From a virus (taxonomy: Duplodnaviria; Caudoviricetes): a stretch of 56,331 nt of DNA. The stretch spans positions 1 through 56,331 of the IMG/VR virus record IMGVR_UViG_3300038426_000018. One strand, written 5' to 3'. A model generated the notes under the pieces. It was given only the letters and a program-made list of their open reading frames with translations, did no database searches and was not told the DNA's origin. Positions 51,146 to 56,331 of the stretch are shown here, in pieces (position 1 is the stretch's first letter; every line of letters begins with the position of its first letter). Both the position numbers and the translations under genes were made by a program.

Positions 51146-53110
51146 ATGGCACTCATGAGAGCGAAGGGCAAACCGGCTGCGTCCAAGGCCGAACCCTCGA
51201 AAATGCTTTTCCGGAAGTTCGTCCGCATCACCAAGATCGACGAAATGAAACGCGAAGTCGGCGGCGTCGTCACGGCCGAGCAGCCCGACAAGGCCAAGGA
51301 GGTTTGCGACTACGAATCCACCGTCCCGTTCTACAAGGCTTGGAGCGACGAACTTTCCAAAGCCACCGGAGGGAAGAACGTCGGGAACCTGCGGGAGATG
51401 CACCAGCTGAAAGCGGTCGGCGCGGGAAAGACGATCGAGTTCAACGACGTGGACAAAGAAATCTACATGACCTTCAAGGTGGTCAACGACGACGCGTGGA
51501 CGAACTGCCTCGAAGGAGTGTACACGGGTTTCTCGCACGGCGGCGAGTACGTGAAGACGTGGAAAGGCAACGACGGCCTCGTGCACTACACCGCGAACCC
51601 GGCCGAAGTTTCGCTCGTCGACAACCCGTGTCTGCCGAAAGGTCATTTCGATTTCGTGCGGGCCGACGGCGTGGTTGAAAAACGGGCTTTCAAAAAGCAG
51701 GGCTGCGGCGATTGCAAGTACGATCCCGAGAAAGGTTGCCCGTGCAAGGCGGAGGCGGTCGCGGGTTTTCCTTCGAGAGGATTTTTCAAATGGGTGAATC
51801 TTGCGACCCTCGAATGCGCGTGTTCAACCTGCGGCCGATTAATCAAGGCGAAGAAAAAGATCCAGGCCGTCATCGGCCACCTGAAGGGCGAAACCACGAC
51901 GACCGTTCAGTCGATCATCTTCTCGCCCAAATCCGAGTGGACCGCCAGTGACTGTCAGCAGTGGTTGAAGGATCACGATTTGAAAGCGCCCGAGGCCGAC
52001 GAGACGGAAGACAGCTATCGCTTTCGTCAGCGGGACCCCGGTGATTTCGAGGAGGACAGTTTCCGAACCATCAATTTCAAAGGAGGGAAAAAGAAAACCA
52101 TGGCGTTCGCACAGATGTCGAAAGCGCAACGGGATGTGGTCAAGGCCGAATTGCACAAAGCGGCCCTGGCGATCCTGGAAGCGAAGGCCGAAGAGATGGG
52201 CGTTGACCTCAAGAAAGACATGTACGACGTCGAACGCCTGGCAGAAATCCTCCAGCAACTCGCCTACATCCGCATGAGCGCCCAGTGGGAGCGCGAGAAT
52301 GAGGGCGACGAGTCCGAATTGCCGGACTTGATCCAAAAGGATTTAGAATCACTCGCCGAAACATTCCTCAGCATGGCTGAGGAGGAAGTCGGCGAACTTA
52401 CAACGTCCGCCAAAAAGGCGGCATCCATAGGAGGCGGTAAAATGGCAACGATGTCAGCCGTCCAAAAGGCGGCGTCAGCACTGGACCACATCAAAAAAAT
52501 GCACGCGGCGCACAAGGCTTTCCACGCGAAGATGCACAAGGCCCATCAGGACCGTGAAGCCGAGATGGACGATCACATGGACAAGCTTCACAAGATCCTC
52601 GGCACCGGCGAAACGGCACCGGCGTCTTCAGGCAACGAACCCGTGTCCACGGACCCTGCTGCCAGTGGGGCCTCTAGCACCATCAAGACGATGGAAACCA
52701 CGATCCTAGCCAAGCTGGACGAAATGGCGAAGGGCATCGACGACAAGATCAAAACCGGGATCGACACGGCCATCGGGACCATGCTCGAAGGCATGCTCGG
52801 GGAAAAAGGAGTCGAGCGGGCGCTGCAGACGGCAGGGCAGAACCGCAAAGCCGCCGCGTCTGCCGGCATCGGCGATCGCAACGACCTAGCCGAGGGCGGG
52901 CCGAAGACCCACCTCGCCGTGAAAGCCAACGACACCAGCGTCGCGGGCCTGCAGGCCCACAACGCGAACGCGGAAGTGCCCAAGGCGAACATGGAGAAGG
53001 CCGCCCAGGGCGACACCTCCGAGATCCTGAAAGCCATGTCGGGCGTCAAACCGGCCGAAGACGTGAGCGATTTCGCTCGCGGTCCTCTGTCTAAGTTCGC
53101 GCCCAAGTAA
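51146..53110 (+). CDS. Prohead protease (XkdF/HK97-like) - scaffold fusion with inserted domains
   Basis: NLREMHQ, GVYTGFS.GG, EVSLVDNPC; helical scaffold-like C-terminus. Confidence 0.85.
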   Translation: MALMRAKGKPAASKAEPSKMLFRKFVRITKIDEMKREVGGVVTAEQPDKAKEVCDYESTVPFYKAWSDELSKATGGKNVGNLREMHQLKAVGAGKTIEFNDVDKEIYMTFKVVNDDAWTNCLEGVYTGFSHGGEYVKTWKGNDGLVHYTANPAEVSLVDNPCLPKGHFDFVRADGVVEKRAFKKQGCGDCKYDPEKGCPCKAEAVAGFPSRGFFKWVNLATLECACSTCGRLIKAKKKIQAVIGHLKGETTTTVQSIIFSPKSEWTASDCQQWLKDHDLKAPEADETEDSYRFRQRDPGDFEEDSFRTINFKGGKKKTMAFAQMSKAQRDVVKAELHKAALAILEAKAEEMGVDLKKDMYDVERLAEILQQLAYIRMSAQWERENEGDESELPDLIQKDLESLAETFLSMAEEEVGELTTSAKKAASIGGGKMATMSAVQKAASALDHIKKMHAAHKAFHAKMHKAHQDREAEMDDHMDKLHKILGTGETAPASSGNEPVSTDPAASGASSTIKTMETTILAKLDEMAKGIDDKIKTGIDTAIGTMLEGMLGEKGVERALQTAGQNRKAAASAGIGDRNDLAEGGPKTHLAVKANDTSVAGLQAHNANAEVPKANMEKAAQGDTSEILKAMSGVKPAEDVSDFARGPLSKFAPK

Positions 53111-53229
53111 GTCGCTGCACCCAGAAACGCGGACGCACGGACGCGCTCCACGAATTCCCACATGGACGTTTACCAGCACGAAACCCGAGGCGGCCCTGCG
53201 GCCGCCTTAACGAGAGGAGAAAGAGCACC

Positions 53230-54780
53230 ATGTTCGAAGGAATGAGCGAGCGCACCCTTGCGCTGTTTGCCCAAATGAAGAAGGACGCCACCACCTTCGG
53301 GATCGCGACCAACTCCGGGGTGCAGTTCTACTACCTGGAGGAAACGGCCAAACAGACTTATCCGGTTTTCTATCCGATCTTGTCTGAAACGCCGCGCGTG
53401 TACCCGATGTACAACGGCGTTCGAGTCGGCGGCCCCGGCGTCAACTGGAAACAGATCGTCGGCGTCGACGTGTCCGGCTATCCGGCCGTGTCGGAAGGCC
53501 ACCGCAACGCTTACACCGCAGTGTCGGAGAAAGACGCCTACGCCCCGTACGCCTACCTGGGCAAAGACGCTTCGGCCACCTTCCAAGCTTACTCTCAGGC
53601 TTTGGGATTCGACGACGCGCTGAAGATCGCGCAGTTCACGAACCTGAACGCCCTGTTGAACGGCGAGGAGAAAATGATCATGTTCGGGAACCCCGGCAAC
53701 GGCTCGGTCAACGGATACGGCGGGTACGTCCTCGGGCAGTGCCCGCAGCCGAGCGGATTACAGTCGGCCTCGACCGGCACGTACGCCTCGGGCACTTATT
53801 ACGTGTACTGCGTCGCGCTGACTCCGTGGGGCGTCGCGATGGCGACCTCGACGGGCTGCGCGATCCCGGTGCAAAGGGTCAACGCCGACGGGTCGAAGGA
53901 CGCCATCAACGGCGGGACTTCGCAGATCTCGGCGGCGAGCTCGGGCGTTTCGCTCGACGGCTCCCACGGCATCGACGTGAAAGTCGCGCCGGTGAACGGA
54001 GCGGTCGGGTACGCCTGGTACATCGGGAAGTCCAACGCCGCAGGAGCGAAATTCAACGGAGTGACGGCGCTTTGCATGGCGACCTTTACGGCGCCGCTGA
54101 CCGGGAGTTTGCAGACGGCGGCCGACGCGGGGTTGGCGGCCGACGCCAGCTATAACCTCCTGGATTTCCCCGGCGCTTTGACCTGGCACTTCCAGACTTA
54201 CGGCGCGACGAACGGATTCACCGCCTATTTGAAAGACATCACCGGAACGGCAGGGACGCCCACCGGGTTCACTTCCAACGGCGACGGGACGATCAAGGAG
54301 TTCGAGGACGTGGCCGACTACCTGTGGATCAACTTCAAAGCCTCGATCGACAAGATCTGGTTGGGCGGCGCGTTGATCCAATCGGCTTCGCGGGCGATCC
54401 TCACTTCTGCCTCGGGGCCTGGCGCTCAGCGTTTGATCATCGACCGCGATTCCGACGGCAAGATCATCGGCGGCCAGATCGTCAGCGAGTACCATTGGAA
54501 ATATTCTTCGACCACGGCGAAGAAGACGGTTCCGGTTTCGGCTCACCCGTGGCTGCCGGACGGAACGGTTTGGTTCGACATCACCACCAACCCGTACCCG
54601 GCCGCAGGGCAGTCGATCCCTGTGGTTCGCCGAATCGTCACGCTGGAAGATCACTTCAGCGTGAAGTGGCCCTATCGTAACCTGACGCACGAGATCGGCA
54701 TCTACGCTTTCATCACGCAGCAACATTATCTGCCGTGGTGCGGAGCGGTGCTGACGGGCGTCGCCAACAAGGTCAACTAG
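53230..54780 (+). CDS. Major capsid protein with large beta-sandwich insertion
   Basis: 516 aa after the scaffold gene; strong RBS; HPWLPDGT near the C-terminus. Confidence 0.8.
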   Translation: MFEGMSERTLALFAQMKKDATTFGIATNSGVQFYYLEETAKQTYPVFYPILSETPRVYPMYNGVRVGGPGVNWKQIVGVDVSGYPAVSEGHRNAYTAVSEKDAYAPYAYLGKDASATFQAYSQALGFDDALKIAQFTNLNALLNGEEKMIMFGNPGNGSVNGYGGYVLGQCPQPSGLQSASTGTYASGTYYVYCVALTPWGVAMATSTGCAIPVQRVNADGSKDAINGGTSQISAASSGVSLDGSHGIDVKVAPVNGAVGYAWYIGKSNAAGAKFNGVTALCMATFTAPLTGSLQTAADAGLAADASYNLLDFPGALTWHFQTYGATNGFTAYLKDITGTAGTPTGFTSNGDGTIKEFEDVADYLWINFKASIDKIWLGGALIQSASRAILTSASGPGAQRLIIDRDSDGKIIGGQIVSEYHWKYSSTTAKKTVPVSAHPWLPDGTVWFDITTNPYPAAGQSIPVVRRIVTLEDHFSVKWPYRNLTHEIGIYAFITQQHYLPWCGAVLTGVANKVN

Positions 54781-54794
54781 CAGCATCCTCTTTC

Positions 54795-54833
54795 GATTCG
54801 CGAAGGAGGGCGCGGTTGGCCCTCCTTCTCGAA
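54795..54833 (+). terminator. Strong hairpin after the capsid gene (terminator or mRNA stabiliser)
   Basis: GAAGGAGGGC..GCCCTCCTTC stem; no clear U tract. Confidence 0.4.
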
Positions 54834-54857
54834 GAGAAAGCGAAAGGACGGCGACAC

Positions 54858-55133
54858 ATGTTGAAGACTTCGATCTTCGCGGTGAGCAGCACCCAGGAAA
54901 CCCCGGTCGTTCTGACGGTCCCGTGCCGACAGGCCACGATCAAAGAAGACGCGGCGACGGCGACGACCGCTTGGCAGTTGAAAGGAACCGCGCCGAATTC
55001 CGTTGAGATCCAGAAGGCTTCGGGCGAGTCGGTCACGTTGAGTTTCGCGGCGATGAAAAACGCGGGCGAGACGATCGGCTTCGTGAAGGTCACCACCGGC
55101 AGCCCGAACTTTCAGTTGGTAGAACAGCCATGA
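54858..55133 (+). CDS. Small virion protein (paralog of the next gene)
   Basis: PC..I.ED, IQK, AG.TIGFV, FQ.VEQ shared with 55130-55480. Confidence 0.65.
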   Translation: MLKTSIFAVSSTQETPVVLTVPCRQATIKEDAATATTAWQLKGTAPNSVEIQKASGESVTLSFAAMKNAGETIGFVKVTTGSPNFQLVEQP

Positions 55134-55480
55134 AAACGTTTTTGTTCTCCGTGGGCCTGCAGCCGGTACCGGTCACGGTGACGACTCCATGCACCCACGT
55201 CGAGATCGTCGAGGACCCTTCCGTTTCGGGTTGGCCCACGGTCGACTACCAGGTCATCGGAACCGTTCCGGGTTCTCAGGCGATCCAGAAGAAAGGCGGG
55301 GTCCGCTTCGTTTTCCAACGAAGGATTCCCTGGAGTGCCGGCGACATCATCGGGTTCGTGCAGATCGTGGACCCGGCGCAGGCCGGAATCATCACGCAGT
55401 TGATTTACTTCCTGACGTTCCGTTTCCTGCAGTCAGGATCTAAAACCACCACGTTCCAACAGGTCGAGCAGACGGTATGA
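55130..55480 (+). CDS. Small virion protein paralog with hydrophobic insertion
   Basis: ATGA coupling; motifs shared with 54858-55133. Confidence 0.65.
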   Translation: MKTFLFSVGLQPVPVTVTTPCTHVEIVEDPSVSGWPTVDYQVIGTVPGSQAIQKKGGVRFVFQRRIPWSAGDIIGFVQIVDPAQAGIITQLIYFLTFRFLQSGSKTTTFQQVEQTV

Positions 55481-56331
55481 GCGACATCGACGTGATTAAA
55501 ATCGAGCACGCGGACGACTCCGAGATCGGAACGTTCGCCGCGCCCTTCACGATCAAAGAAGGATCTTTGATCTCGATGGAGATCGTCGACGACAAACTCG
55601 TCATCACCGCCAGCAGCGTTCCCTCTCCGGCGCCGGCTCGAACGCTGATTCAGACATACAAAAGTTATTTTGTCCGAACAGATGGCAATGATACCAATGA
55701 TGGTTCTAGTAACGACTCAGCTCATGCCTTCGCTACGCTTCAGCGAGCCGTCGACGCGGCAACCAAAGAAATCGATGCGGATCAATGGATTGTTCTTATC
55801 AACGTAGAGGACGGAACCTATAATGCCGGCGCTGTAATTCCGGATGTCCTCGGCGGCAGCATTTTAAACTTTATAGGAAATTGGCAGCATCCGGGAAATG
55901 TCCTCATTCAAACTGACGCAACGGCTTTCTATATTAATGTCAATCAGACAACCGTTACTTTTGACGGATTCAAAGTCGAAGCGAGCAATGGAGACGGTTT
56001 TGATGTCCAGGGCGGAGGGCCGGTGTTGCTCGAAGATTTCGAGTTTGGCGATGTTCCCAATGGGGCTCACGTCTACGTTCACAATAACGGACTTGTTCAA
56101 CAGTATGCGGACTGGAAAATCAGCGGGTCCGCGCAACGTCATATTCGCGCCGAAGATGGAGGGATATTCGAACCTTTTGAGAGCGCATGGTGGGCAAATC
56201 CTTATGCCAGCACATACGTCAACACCTTAACCGGCACGCCCGGTTTCAGCATCGCTTTTGCTGATTGCAGGACAGGCGGACAGGCGCGTTTCTATGCGCA
56301 GAGTTTCAGCGGATCCGCGACCGGCAAAAGA
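55477..56331 (+). CDS. 5' part of the fibre/spike protein (continues at 253-1398 across the circular junction)
   Basis: ATG at 55477 overlaps the upstream TGA; open to the window end; YFVRTDGNDTNDG..HAFATLQRA..VEDGTY; absent from the ORF track because it has no stop. Confidence 0.85.
   Translation, partial: MSDIDVIKIEHADDSEIGTFAAPFTIKEGSLISMEIVDDKLVITASSVPSPAPARTLIQTYKSYFVRTDGNDTNDGSSNDSAHAFATLQRAVDAATKEIDADQWIVLINVEDGTYNAGAVIPDVLGGSILNFIGNWQHPGNVLIQTDATAFYINVNQTTVTFDGFKVEASNGDGFDVQGGGPVLLEDFEFGDVPNGAHVYVHNNGLVQQYADWKISGSAQRHIRAEDGGIFEPFESAWWANPYASTYVNTLTGTPGFSIAFADCRTGGQARFYAQSFSGSATGKR
56080..56331. repeat. Terminal direct repeat (copy 2)
   Basis: Matches 1-252 with one mismatch. Confidence 0.95.

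Noticed and set aside
56080-56331. Physical direct terminal repeat of the virion DNA
   Set aside because: It falls mid-gene and is more simply explained as assembly overlap; real ends cannot be inferred without reads
1-56331. Stop-codon reassignment
   Set aside because: Core genes are intact in the standard code, and TAA, TAG and TGA all terminate coupled genes

Overview
This window is an apparently complete, circularly assembled genome of a tailed dsDNA phage (Caudoviricetes, siphovirus-like). The unit length is about 56,079 bp, because bases 56080-56331 repeat bases 1-252 with one mismatch. Every credible gene is on the + strand. Reading from the sigma70-like promoter at about 23047, the order is: Cro-like HTH; HNH; hairpin-rich leaders; recombination module (SMC-like ATPase, Cas4/RecB-like nuclease, putative annealing protein, RuvC-like); many small Cys-rich ORFs; lambdoid-type Rep plus DnaC-like loader; a ParB / radical-SAM-glycosyltransferase block; TerS and TerL; a 3-kb accessory insert; portal-MuF; a degenerate bacterioferritin; protease/scaffold; major capsid protein; collagen/beta-helix fibre genes spanning the contig junction; neck and tail genes (with a GT-methyltransferase insert and a -1 frameshift chaperone); tape measure; a GTA-type tail tip; nested beta-propeller genes; and a lysis region. 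I found no integrase, divergent repressor, DNA polymerase, reverse transcriptase, tRNA or CRISPR array. The most notable observations are: (1) a radical SAM-TAGT glycosyltransferase fusion between ParB and terminase, a candidate DNA modification system; (2) a signal-peptide-bearing free paralog of the virion fibre domain; (3) a complete 7-blade propeller nested inside another, with a TTCCTT direct repeat at both junctions; (4) a bacterioferritin with a rewired metal site in the head operon; (5) genome-wide excess of CCTGCAGG and GCGATCGC palindromes. All family calls are from motif recognition by eye; no database searches were run.
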